A DNA stretch of 32,000 nt, from contig NZ_LN831024.1 in assembly GCF_001457615.1 (NCBI RefSeq), forward strand, positions 570,001 to 602,000. The letters are read 5' to 3'. The notes below the pieces were generated by a model, which saw only the letters and a program-made list of their open reading frames with translations, made no database searches and was not told where the DNA came from. Positions 9,608 to 17,208 of the stretch are shown here, piece by piece. This DNA is from Pseudomonas aeruginosa (GTDB lineage: Bacteria; Pseudomonadota; Gammaproteobacteria; Pseudomonadales; Pseudomonadaceae). The translations under genes were made by a program, and so were the position numbers. Position 1 is the stretch's first letter, and every line of letters starts with the position of its first letter.

Positions 9608-10323
9608 TGCGCGCCCTGGTATTGCAACACGTTCCCTTCGAAGGCAGCGCGCGGATCGGCGACTGGATCGGCCGCCACTGCGAGCACGAGCACGTCTGCT
9701 ACCTCTACGCCGACGCCCACCTGCCTGCGCTGGACAGCTTCGACCTGCTGGTGGTGATGGGCGGGCCGATGAGCGTCCACGACGAAGCGCAATATCCCTG
9801 GCTGGTGGCGGAGAAGCGTTTGATCCGCGCGGCGCTGGATGCCGGCAAGAAGGTCCTCGGCATCTGCCTCGGCGCGCAGCTGCTGGCCCAGGCGCTGGGG
9901 GCTGCGGTACGCCCGGGACGCCAGGCGGAGATCGGCTGGTGGCCGCTGCACAGGTACAGCCAGGCGCTGGGCTCGCCGCTGGGCGAGCGCCTGCCGGAAC
10001 GGCTGATGGCGTTCCACTGGCACGGCGAGACCTTCGACCTGCCGGCCGGCAGCGTGCCGCTCTATGGTTCGGCTGCCTGCGCAAACCAGGGCTTCATCTG
10101 GAACGAGCAGGCTATCGGCCTGCAATGTCACCTGGAAAGCACCGCGGAGAGCATCGAGGCGCTGCTCGATGCCTGCCCGCAGGACCTGCAACGGGAAGGG
10201 GCGGTGCAGAGCGCCGAGAGGATCCGCCAGGGTGTCGCGCATTGCCGCGAGGTGGCGCCGGTGCTGTTCCTGTTGCTCGATTACCTGGCGCATCGGCCGG
10301 CGGAGATCGCACGCCGGGCCTGA
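9607..10323 (+). CDS. Class-I glutamine amidotransferase-like protein (GATase1, GuaA-N-like)
   Basis: Start at MRALVLQHVPFEGS, overlapping the aminotransferase stop (TGATG). Nucleophile elbow VLGICLGAQLLA; a later HWHGETF motif. Confidence 0.85.
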   Translation: MRALVLQHVPFEGSARIGDWIGRHCEHEHVCYLYADAHLPALDSFDLLVVMGGPMSVHDEAQYPWLVAEKRLIRAALDAGKKVLGICLGAQLLAQALGAAVRPGRQAEIGWWPLHRYSQALGSPLGERLPERLMAFHWHGETFDLPAGSVPLYGSAACANQGFIWNEQAIGLQCHLESTAESIEALLDACPQDLQREGAVQSAERIRQGVAHCREVAPVLFLLLDYLAHRPAEIARRA

Positions 10324-10352
10324 TCGCCAGAAAGATTCCTCTGTCCTCGCAT

Positions 10353-10394
10353 GCGCCTCCGGACGTCGTTTTGGTCCTGTGGGGCGCTTTTTTT
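10353..10394 (+). terminator. Probable intrinsic terminator of the MOSC-aminotransferase-GATase operon
   Basis: Imperfect hairpin GCGCC..GGAC-gtcgttttg-GTCC..GGCGC followed by T7 (10388-10394). Confidence 0.5.
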
Positions 10395-10397
10395 ATT

Positions 10398-10673
10398 CTA
10401 GGCTGCGTGCTTTCCCAACCAGGGCTCCAGTAGTGCCAGGTCGCGACGCAGGCTTTCGGCGAACAGGTGCAGGCGGGTGGGGTTGTCCAGCTCGCCGGGC
10501 TGGATGCCGACGAAGGTGAAGGTTTCGTCGTGCTCTCGGGCGGCGACATTGATACTGACGGTGCCGTCGTAGTGCATCCGGCACTGGCAGTCGTAGCCTT
10601 CCAGCGCCTGGTTCAGGCTGCGCTGGATCTCGCCGAGATCGGGGTGCTTGTTCTTGCTCATCGCGTCGCTCAT
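10398..10673 (-). CDS. Small hypothetical cytoplasmic protein (about 87-91 aa)
   Basis: This is the 3' end of the 759-aa minus-strand ORF. Only MSDAMSKNKHPDLGEIQRSLNQALEGYDCQCRMHYDGTVSINV...LEPWLGKHAA lies outside the opposite-strand PAS-LuxR gene. The start is ATG 10673 or 10660. Confidence 0.6.
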   Translation of the reverse strand: MSDAMSKNKHPDLGEIQRSLNQALEGYDCQCRMHYDGTVSINVAAREHDETFTFVGIQPGELDNPTRLHLFAESLRRDLALLEPWLGKHAA

Positions 10674-10848
10674 GCAAGGGGATGGGGCTTTCTTCTCGTG
10701 CAGGGCGAGTCGGGTGGATGCGTCGACGACCTCGGGACCGAGGGGCGGCGTAGCCTCCCGGCCGGCGCGGCGTCTGGGCTTCCCGCCCGGACATTGCTTC
10801 CTGTATCGCCAGGGTAGGGGTGCCTCCGCTATCGTTTCGCGATGCAAA

Positions 10849-10869
10849 TGCACTAGCACCGCTAGTGCA
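10849..10869. promoter_or_regulatory. 9-3-9 perfect inverted repeat (candidate operator) in the divergent promoter
   Basis: TGCACTAGC-acc-GCTAGTGCA, about 80 bp upstream of the PAS-LuxR ATG. Confidence 0.4.
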
Positions 10870-10946
10870 ATCGTCACGCGTGCGCGGTCAGGGCGGGCGG
10901 GCATCCTTGCTGCCCCCGGAAAATCGCTCCATCCAAGAGGAACAGC

Positions 10947-12437
10947 ATGAACGACCAGGTACTGCGTACCCAGACCGACCGCCGCCAGTTGCAGCAGATC
11001 ATCGCCGGCCTTACCGAAGGGGTGATCCTGATCGAGCCGGACCAGCGCATCCTCTGGGCCAACGAGGCGGCCCTGGCGATGCACGGCGTCGATTCGCTGG
11101 AAGGCCTGGGCGCCGATACCGGCGAGTATCGCGAACGCTTTCGCCTGCGCTACCGCAACAATCATCCGCTGCAGGAGGGGCAGTACCCGGCCGAGCGCCT
11201 GGTGGCTGGCGAGTGCTTCAGCGACGTGGTGGTGGAAGTGTTTCCCGCCGCCGACGAGGACACCCGCTGGGTGCACCGCGTGCGCGGGTTGGTGCTGACC
11301 ACCCCCGAGGACAAGCCCGACTGCCTGGTGCTGATCCTCCACGACGCCACCGAGTGGGCCAGCGCCGAGCAGCGCTTCGAGAAGACCTTCAATGCCAACC
11401 CGGCGCCGGCGGTGATCTGCCGGCTCAGCGACTACCGCTACGTGAAGGTCAATGTCGGTTTCCTGGAAATGACCGGCTATGCCCGCGACCAGGTGATCGG
11501 CCGTTCGGTGTACGAGCTGGACGTACTCGACCAGGCCGAGCGCCGCGAACTGGCGGTGGAGCGTCTGGGCGCCGGCGAGACCATCCCGCAGATGGAGGCG
11601 AGCCTGCGGGTGGCGGAGGGCGGACGCAAGTGCGTGGTGGTCGCCGGGCAGCCGATAGAGGTCGGCGAGGAGGCCTGCATGCTCTTCACCTTCACCGATC
11701 TCGAACCGCGGAAGAAGGCCGAGGAGGCCCTGCGCAAGAGCGAGGAGCGCTTCGCCAAGGCCTTCCGCATGGCACCGGTGCCGAGCCTGGTGCTGTGCGG
11801 CGACGACCTGCAGGTGCTGGACATCAACCAGGCCTTCAGCGAAACCTTCGGCTACCAGGCCGAGGAACTGCTCGGCGAGTCCACCGTCGCCTGCGGGCTG
11901 TGGCAGGACGGCGGCGCCGAGCGCCTGGGCGAGCTGCTGGCGCAGAGCGGCAGCGTGCGCAACGTCCAGCTGCGCCTGCAGCACAAGGATCGCAACGGCC
12001 TGGACTGCCTGGTCTCGGCCGAGGCGGTGAGCCTCAACGAGCAGGACTGCGTGCTGGTGGCCTTGCTGGACATCAGCGACCGGCGGCGCACCGAAATGGA
12101 GCTGGTGCACGCCATCGAGACGGTGATGCAGGACGCTTCCTGGTTCAGCCGCACCCTGATCGAAAAGCTCGCCAACGTTCGCCGCGCCAACGCGCCGGGC
12201 ACCGGCGCCGAACTGGCCGACCTGACTGCGCGCGAGCGCGAGGTGTTCGACCTCATCTGCCAGGGCCTGGCGGACAAGGAGATCGCCAAGGAACTGGGCC
12301 TGGCGCCGAACACCGTGCGCAACCACGTGGCGACCATCTACGCCAAGCTCGATGTCCACAGCCGTGGCGAGGCCATCGTCTGGGCACGCGAACGCGGATT
12401 CGCGCCGGAGCCGCGCAACGGCAACGGGCGCAAATAA
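10947..12437 (+). CDS. PAS/PAC-domain LuxR-family (HTH GerE-type) transcriptional regulator
   Basis: 496 aa with repeated PAS-like segments (LQQIIAGLTEGVILIEPDQRILWANEAA, FEKTFNANPAPAVICR, FAKAFRMAPVPSLVL). C-terminal LuxR HTH LTAREREVFDLICQGLADKEIAKELGLAPNTVRNHVATIYAKL. Confidence 0.9.
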   Translation: MNDQVLRTQTDRRQLQQIIAGLTEGVILIEPDQRILWANEAALAMHGVDSLEGLGADTGEYRERFRLRYRNNHPLQEGQYPAERLVAGECFSDVVVEVFPAADEDTRWVHRVRGLVLTTPEDKPDCLVLILHDATEWASAEQRFEKTFNANPAPAVICRLSDYRYVKVNVGFLEMTGYARDQVIGRSVYELDVLDQAERRELAVERLGAGETIPQMEASLRVAEGGRKCVVVAGQPIEVGEEACMLFTFTDLEPRKKAEEALRKSEERFAKAFRMAPVPSLVLCGDDLQVLDINQAFSETFGYQAEELLGESTVACGLWQDGGAERLGELLAQSGSVRNVQLRLQHKDRNGLDCLVSAEAVSLNEQDCVLVALLDISDRRRTEMELVHAIETVMQDASWFSRTLIEKLANVRRANAPGTGAELADLTAREREVFDLICQGLADKEIAKELGLAPNTVRNHVATIYAKLDVHSRGEAIVWARERGFAPEPRNGNGRK

Positions 12438-12445
12438 ACGAAGAG

Positions 12446-12482
12446 GGTACGAATGCACCAGGGCGGCTGGTGCATTCGTACC
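12446..12482 (+). terminator. Perfect 16-bp stem-loop downstream of the PAS-LuxR gene (terminator-like, no U-tract)
   Basis: GGTACGAATGCACCAG-ggcgg-CTGGTGCATTCGTACC begins 9 nt after the stop. No T-run follows it. Confidence 0.5.
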
Positions 12483-12713
12483 TGTCGCCCGCTCCCGTCG
12501 GCGCCGACACTGGCGCAGCACGCCCGGCATGCCCCCGCCCGTGGTCGTGCACCTTTTCTCCGCGGCGCGAGCCGCGCTGTCCGCACGTCTGTTCCCCTCG
12601 CCAGTTTCGCTCTGGCGGGGGCTTCCCGCCTCCTTTCGAATATTTGCCCCTCTGCCTCTGCTGGTGCGCGACGGCATCCTGCCGGCCGTTTGCGAATGCT
12701 CGGGACTGGTTTC

Positions 12714-12763
12714 GTGAAATTTTAAGTGTTATTTTTCATGAAAAATAACCAATATAATTTCAC
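12714..12763. promoter_or_regulatory. Nested AT-rich dyad (candidate operator/promoter of pauB1)
   Basis: An 18-bp perfect palindrome TATTTTTCATGAAAAATA (12730-12747) is flanked by GTGAAATT (12714-12721) and AATTTCAC (12756-12763). The element ends just before the GGAGG SD of the downstream gene. Confidence 0.6.
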
Positions 12764-12773
12764 GGAGGTCGCG

Positions 12774-14063
12774 ATGTTCCTGCAATCCAACGAGCATATC
12801 GGCACTTACTACGCCGCCGTCAATCCCGAACTGATCCAGCCGCGCCAGGCCCTGGAGGGTGACCTCGACTGCGAGGTGCTGGTGGTCGGCGCCGGTTTCA
12901 GCGGCTTGCACACGGCGCTGCGGCTGGTCGAAGGCGGACGCCAGGTATGCGTCATCGAAGCCAGCCGGATCGCCTGGGCGGCCTCCGGGCGCAACGGTGG
13001 GCAGGCGCTGCCCGGCTGGTCCAGCGACCTGCCGCCGCTGGAGGCCGACCTCGGCTACGAAGGCGCACGCCGTCTCTGGGACGGCATGCTCTGGGCGGCC
13101 GGCGAGATGCGCGAGTTGCCGCAGCGACATGGCTTCGACTGCGACTACCGGGTCGGTCACCTATGGACGGCGATCCTGCCGCGCCGGGTCGGCCTGCTCT
13201 ACGACTGGCAGGCCGAGGCCAACCGTCGCTGGGGCTACGAGGGGCTACGCTTCGTGGCGAAGGACGAGTTGCCCGAATGGATCGCCAGCGAGCGCTACCT
13301 TGCCGGTCTCTACGACCCCCACGCCGCACACCTGAATCCGCTCAAGCTGGCGTTCGGCCTGGCCGCCGCCATCGAGCGCGCCGGCGGGCGTATCCACGAG
13401 CGGACCCGGGCCCTGAACTATCGCGAGGAGGGCGACGGCTACCGGGTCCGTACCGAGCACGGCGAGATCCGCTGCGCGGCGCTGGTGCTGGCCTGCAACG
13501 CCTACATCGACGGGCTGGACAGCGAGCTGTCGCAACGGATGCTGCCGGTGGGCACCTATCAGGTCGCCACTGAGCCGCTCGGCGAGGAACGGGCGAAGTC
13601 GTTGCTGCCGCGCAACTGCTGCGTGACCGACAACCAGTTCGTCCTCGACTACTTCCGCCTGACCCCGGACCACCGCCTGCTGTTCGGCGGCGGCTGCACC
13701 TACCTGGGCGGCATGCCCAGCGACATCCGCGCCGCCACCCGGCCCTATCTCGAAAGGGTGTTCCCGCAGTTGCGCGGGGTGGCGCTGGAGTATGCCTGGG
13801 GCGGGCATATCGACTGCAGCATGCGGCGTACCCCGGACATCGGCCGGCAGGGCAACCGCTACTGGCTGCAAGGCTACTCCGGCCACGGCGTGCTGCCGAG
13901 TCTGGCGGCGGCCAGGGCGGTCAGCGACGCGCTGCTCGGCGACGACGAGACCCTGGCGCTCTACCAGCGCCTGCGCAATCCGAAGTTTCCCGGCGGCCAG
14001 CGCTTCGCCGCGCCGCTGGAAGCCCTGGGCAAAGCGTATTACCGTTTGCGCGACCTGTTCTGA
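12774..14063 (+). CDS. pauB1: FAD-dependent oxidoreductase, gamma-glutamylpolyamine oxidase (PuuB-like)
   Basis: The ATG at 12774 has GGAGG 7-11 nt upstream (track ORF starts at 12726). Dinucleotide-binding motif VLVVGAGFSGLHTA. DAO-family features. An adjacent PuuR-like regulator supports the assignment. Confidence 0.85.
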   Translation: MFLQSNEHIGTYYAAVNPELIQPRQALEGDLDCEVLVVGAGFSGLHTALRLVEGGRQVCVIEASRIAWAASGRNGGQALPGWSSDLPPLEADLGYEGARRLWDGMLWAAGEMRELPQRHGFDCDYRVGHLWTAILPRRVGLLYDWQAEANRRWGYEGLRFVAKDELPEWIASERYLAGLYDPHAAHLNPLKLAFGLAAAIERAGGRIHERTRALNYREEGDGYRVRTEHGEIRCAALVLACNAYIDGLDSELSQRMLPVGTYQVATEPLGEERAKSLLPRNCCVTDNQFVLDYFRLTPDHRLLFGGGCTYLGGMPSDIRAATRPYLERVFPQLRGVALEYAWGGHIDCSMRRTPDIGRQGNRYWLQGYSGHGVLPSLAAARAVSDALLGDDETLALYQRLRNPKFPGGQRFAAPLEALGKAYYRLRDLF

Positions 14064-14080
14064 GAGGGCCCGGAACCGAG

Positions 14081-14635
14081 ATGAGCGAAGTAGCCGACGA
14101 CCTGGCGGAGATCGCCAGCCTGGTGCGCGAATTGCGCAAGCGCAAGGGCATCACCCTGCAGGCGCTGGCCGACGGCATTCGCCGTTCGGTGGGCTTCGTC
14201 TCCCAGGTCGAGCGCGGCCTTTCGCGGCCGGCGGTGGACGACCTGGTCGCCATCAGCCAGGTGCTCGGGGTGCCGGCGACCTACTTCTTCTGCTCGCCGA
14301 AGATCCAGGCCTCGCCCTGGGTGACCCGCCCGGGCGAGCGTCGGACCCTGGCCTACGCTCGTGGCGCCAGCGACAACCTGGTATCGCCGCGTCTCGGCGG
14401 CGCCTTCTTCATGCTCGAAACCTGCCTTGAAGCGGGTGCCGACAGCGGCGAGCGCGACCTGCTGGACAGCTCGGAGCAGGGCGGCTACGTGCTCGAAGGC
14501 GAGCTGACCCTGTGGCTGGAGGACGAGGAGCTGCGCCTGCAGGCCGGCGACGGTTTCCAGATTCCCAGCCATATGCGCAGCCGCTACGCCAACCGCAGCC
14601 AGGCGCCGGTCAGGGTGCTCTGGGTATACGCCTGA
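14081..14635 (+). CDS. XRE-HTH plus cupin transcriptional regulator (PuuR-like architecture)
   Basis: 184 aa with an N-terminal HTH_3 (LRKRKGITLQALADGIRRSVGFVSQVERG) and a C-terminal cupin (GYVLEGELTLWLEDEELRLQAGDGFQIPS). Confidence 0.85.
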   Translation: MSEVADDLAEIASLVRELRKRKGITLQALADGIRRSVGFVSQVERGLSRPAVDDLVAISQVLGVPATYFFCSPKIQASPWVTRPGERRTLAYARGASDNLVSPRLGGAFFMLETCLEAGADSGERDLLDSSEQGGYVLEGELTLWLEDEELRLQAGDGFQIPSHMRSRYANRSQAPVRVLWVYA

Positions 14636-14711
14636 CGAAGCGCGTTACCCGGTCGTTTGCCGGATAGCGGCGAAGACTTCCGGCATCGGCGAGAACCGTC
14701 GCCGACCGATG

Positions 14712-14744
14712 AAAAAAGCCCGAGGCACAGGCCTCGGGCTTTTC
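14712..14744. terminator. Bidirectional intrinsic terminator between convergent genes
   Basis: AAAAAAGCCCGAGGC-acag-GCCTCGGGCTTTTC: a 10-bp stem flanked by an A-tract and a T-tract. Confidence 0.85.
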
Positions 14745-14745
14745 G

Positions 14746-15771
14746 TCACCAGCGTCCGGAGGCGCCGCCGCCGCCGCTGGAGCCGCCGCCACCGCGGAAG
14801 ATGCTGCCACCGCCGCTGCCGCCTCCCCCACCGCCGCCGCGACTATTGAGGATGGCGCTGAGGATGGCCATCAGCACTTCGCCGGGAAGCAGGAACAGGG
14901 CGTAGATGAACAGGGTCGGCGCCAGTACGCCGAGACTGTCGTCCGCCGCGCGGTCGACGTTCTGCCACAGGCCCATGCTCAACAGCCAGGCCAGGCCGGC
15001 GACCGCCGCGCTGCAAAGCAGGAAGCGGCCGATGCTGCGCCGCCGCATCCACTGCAACGGCAGCAGGCGTCCGAGTAGGGCCACGGCGAGCAGGACCGCC
15101 ACATAGACACCGAGGTAGACCGGGTTGCCCCAGAGCTGTCCGCTCAGGCCGCTCTTCTTTTTCGGCTCCGGCGGGGCGCTGTCATACACCTCACCCTCGT
15201 CGACCGGTGGCGGCAGGGCCCGCGGCGGCGTGGCCTCGGGAACCGCCGGCAAGGCGTCGACGGGAGCGCTGGCGGTAGCGCTTTCCGGGTTCTTCTCGGC
15301 ATCGATCAGTTGCACCAGGCTGTCCACGCCGGCCTGGATTCCGCCATAGAAATTGCCCTGGCGGAACTGCGGCGTGATCCGCTCGCTGATGATCCGTCCG
15401 GCCTGGACGTCGGTGATGGCCCCTTCCAGGCCGTAGCCGACCTCGATGCGCAGGGTGCGGTCGTTCTTCGCCACCAGCAGCAGGACGCCGTCGTCGACCT
15501 TCTTCTGGCCCAGCTTCCATTTCTCGAAGGTACGCACCGCGTACTCCTCGATGGAATCGTCGCCGGTGGTCGGGACCAGCAGCACCGCGAGCTGCGCGCC
15601 GCTCTTGGCTTCCAGGGCGGCGAGCTGTTGCTCCAGGTGCTGGCGCTGGTCGCCGGAAAGGGTCGCGGTGAGGTCGGTGACCCGCGCCGTCAACGCGGGT
15701 ATCGGTGGCACATCGGCCCAGGCGACCAGGCTGGCGAGCAGCAGCCCGGCGCCCAGTAGCAGCCGGCGCAT
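14746..15771 (-). CDS. TPM-domain (YgcG-like) membrane protein with a glycine-rich C-terminal tail
   Basis: 341 aa with a signal peptide and a TPM domain (RVTDLTATLS...QLAVLLVPTTGDDSIEEYA...LLLVAKNDRTLRIEVGYGLEG). TM helices follow, then the tail RGGGGGGGSGGGSIFRGGGGSSGGGGASGRW. It starts 3 nt after the lemA stop. Confidence 0.85.
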   Translation of the reverse strand: MRRLLLGAGLLLASLVAWADVPPIPALTARVTDLTATLSGDQRQHLEQQLAALEAKSGAQLAVLLVPTTGDDSIEEYAVRTFEKWKLGQKKVDDGVLLLVAKNDRTLRIEVGYGLEGAITDVQAGRIISERITPQFRQGNFYGGIQAGVDSLVQLIDAEKNPESATASAPVDALPAVPEATPPRALPPPVDEGEVYDSAPPEPKKKSGLSGQLWGNPVYLGVYVAVLLAVALLGRLLPLQWMRRRSIGRFLLCSAAVAGLAWLLSMGLWQNVDRAADDSLGVLAPTLFIYALFLLPGEVLMAILSAILNSRGGGGGGGSGGGSIFRGGGGSSGGGGASGRW

Positions 15772-15774
15772 GGC

Positions 15775-16395
15775 TTACTGCGCCGGTTGCGGGTTGCCGA
15801 AATCGACTTTCGGCGCGGTGGAGATGGCCGCTTCGTTTTCCACGCTGAAGTTCGCCTTGGGCTTGTAGCCGAACAGCTTGGCGGTGATCACGCCGGGGAA
15901 CTGGCGCAGCAGCACGTTGTATTCCTGTACCGACTTGACGTAGCGGCCGCGAGCGACGGCGATGCGGTTCTCGGTGCCTTCCAGTTGGGTCAGCAGGTCC
16001 TTGAACAGGCCATCGGCCTTCAGTTGCGGGTAGTTCTCGGTGACTACCAGCAGGCGCGAAAGCGCCGAGCTCAGTTCGCCCTGGGCCTTCTGGAAGCGCT
16101 GCACGGCCTGCTCGTCGTCCAGTTGGTCGGCGTTCAGTTGCACGCTGCCGACCTTGGCCCGGGCCTCGGTGACCTGGGTCAGGACCGACGCCTCATGGGA
16201 GGCATAGCCCTTCACCGTGCTGACCAGGTTGGGCACCAGGTCGGCGCGCCGCTGGTACTGGTTGAGCACTTCCGACCAGGCGGCTTTCACCTGTTCGTCG
16301 CCGGCCTGCATGGCGTTGTAGCCGCAGCCGCTGAGCAGCAGGGCGAGGACGGGAAGGAGGGCATTTCTGAGGAATCGAGGCATGGTGGTACTCAT
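15775..16395 (-). CDS. LemA-family lipoprotein
   Basis: 206 aa with lipobox LLLSGC and LemA-like motifs (AWSEVLNQYQRRADLVPNLV, ENRIAVARGRYV). An alternative ATG lies at 16383. Confidence 0.85.
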   Translation of the reverse strand: MSTTMPRFLRNALLPVLALLLSGCGYNAMQAGDEQVKAAWSEVLNQYQRRADLVPNLVSTVKGYASHEASVLTQVTEARAKVGSVQLNADQLDDEQAVQRFQKAQGELSSALSRLLVVTENYPQLKADGLFKDLLTQLEGTENRIAVARGRYVKSVQEYNVLLRQFPGVITAKLFGYKPKANFSVENEAAISTAPKVDFGNPQPAQ

Positions 16396-16470
16396 CCGGG
16401 TTGAGAAAGCTCGATTGTAGACCAGCCAATGGCCAGCACGTTCCTTGTGCCGGCACGGATATCGGCTCTG

Positions 16471-16980
16471 TCAGGCGGTGCGGCGGCCGAACGCCAGCTT
16501 GGCCGCCAGGACCAGCAGGCAGAACACGAACAGCGCCAGCGACCAGACCGCCATGGACTGGCCGAGCAGGGTCCAGACCACTTCGCCGCACAGCCCCTCG
16601 GGCTGGAAGACCTGCGGCAGCCAGCTATCCAGCGGTATCCATTCGGGGAAGCCCATGAACATCTTGCAACTGCCCATGCCCTGGGCAGCCAGTTTCTCTT
16701 CCGCGACCAGCGACCAGGCGTGGTAGATCCCGCCCAGGCTGGCGGCGAGCATGCCCAGCGCGGCGATGCCGCCGGCGATCCGCGAACGCGGGGCGAGGCT
16801 GCCGACGATCCCGGCGAGCACCAGGCCGAGCACGTCCAGGCGAATGAAGATGCACAGCGAGCAGGGCGCGAAGCCGCGCACGTGCTGGAGGTAGAGGACG
16901 AAAGCGAGGATCAGCAGGCCGCCGATGGCGACCGCGGGCCAGAACAAGCGATTGTCGAGGGGCTTGAGGAGAGCGCTCAA
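16471..16980 (-). CDS. dsbB: Disulfide bond formation protein B
   Basis: Four TM segments, a CSLC motif in periplasmic loop 1 and a later Cys pair. I place the start at TTG 16980 (LSALLKPLDNR), which puts CxxC at residues about 42-45 as in E. coli DsbB, with AGGA upstream. The track ORF extends to ATG 17052. Confidence 0.8.
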   Translation of the reverse strand: MSALLKPLDNRLFWPAVAIGGLLILAFVLYLQHVRGFAPCSLCIFIRLDVLGLVLAGIVGSLAPRSRIAGGIAALGMLAASLGGIYHAWSLVAEEKLAAQGMGSCKMFMGFPEWIPLDSWLPQVFQPEGLCGEVVWTLLGQSMAVWSLALFVFCLLVLAAKLAFGRRTA

Positions 16981-17208
16981 GGCAGGGATTCCTGTGTCGT
17001 TGATAAGGGAGGCCGGGCCGGCACTGTGCGGCGCTGGCCGATGGTAGTCCATCAGGATTGTCCGAAGATTAAGCCGTTTGACGTAACGATGTCTGCTGCA
17101 TGTTTCTCCGCTTTCGTAGGAGCTTTCAGGGAAAAACGCCGCAACGAGGCGAGCATTTGGAGCCTCCGCCGGGATAGACTATCCTGGTCTATACCAATAA
17201 GGCCCGTC

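Noticed and set aside
8213-10084. 623-aa minus-strand ORF
   Set aside because: It is antisense to the aminotransferase and GATase genes, both of which have clear catalytic motifs. The product is low-complexity.
10674-12677. Upstream roughly 670 codons of the 759-aa minus-strand ORF
   Set aside because: It is antisense to the PAS-LuxR regulator and crosses its terminator hairpin. Only the last roughly 91 codons, which lie outside the opposite gene, look like a real protein.
12483-12713. Sigma-54 (GG-N10-GC) promoter or small ORFs in the long spacer upstream of pauB1
   Set aside because: Manual scanning of GG dinucleotides found none with TGC/GC at the correct spacing. The track ORFs here (121 aa, 90 aa) are Arg/Ala/Pro-rich, lack an SD, and overlap the upstream gene or hairpin.
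14749-14850. GGC/GCC-rich quasi-repeats considered as a tandem-repeat or CRISPR-like element
   Set aside because: The repeats are irregular, have no spacers, and lie inside a CDS where they encode a Gly/Ser tail. They are coding low complexity, not an array.
14657-14905. Pro-rich plus-strand ORF (…PPPPLEPPPPRKMLPPPLPPPPPPPR…)
   Set aside because: It is the mirror image of the Gly-rich tail of the minus-strand TPM protein, and it spans the bidirectional terminator.
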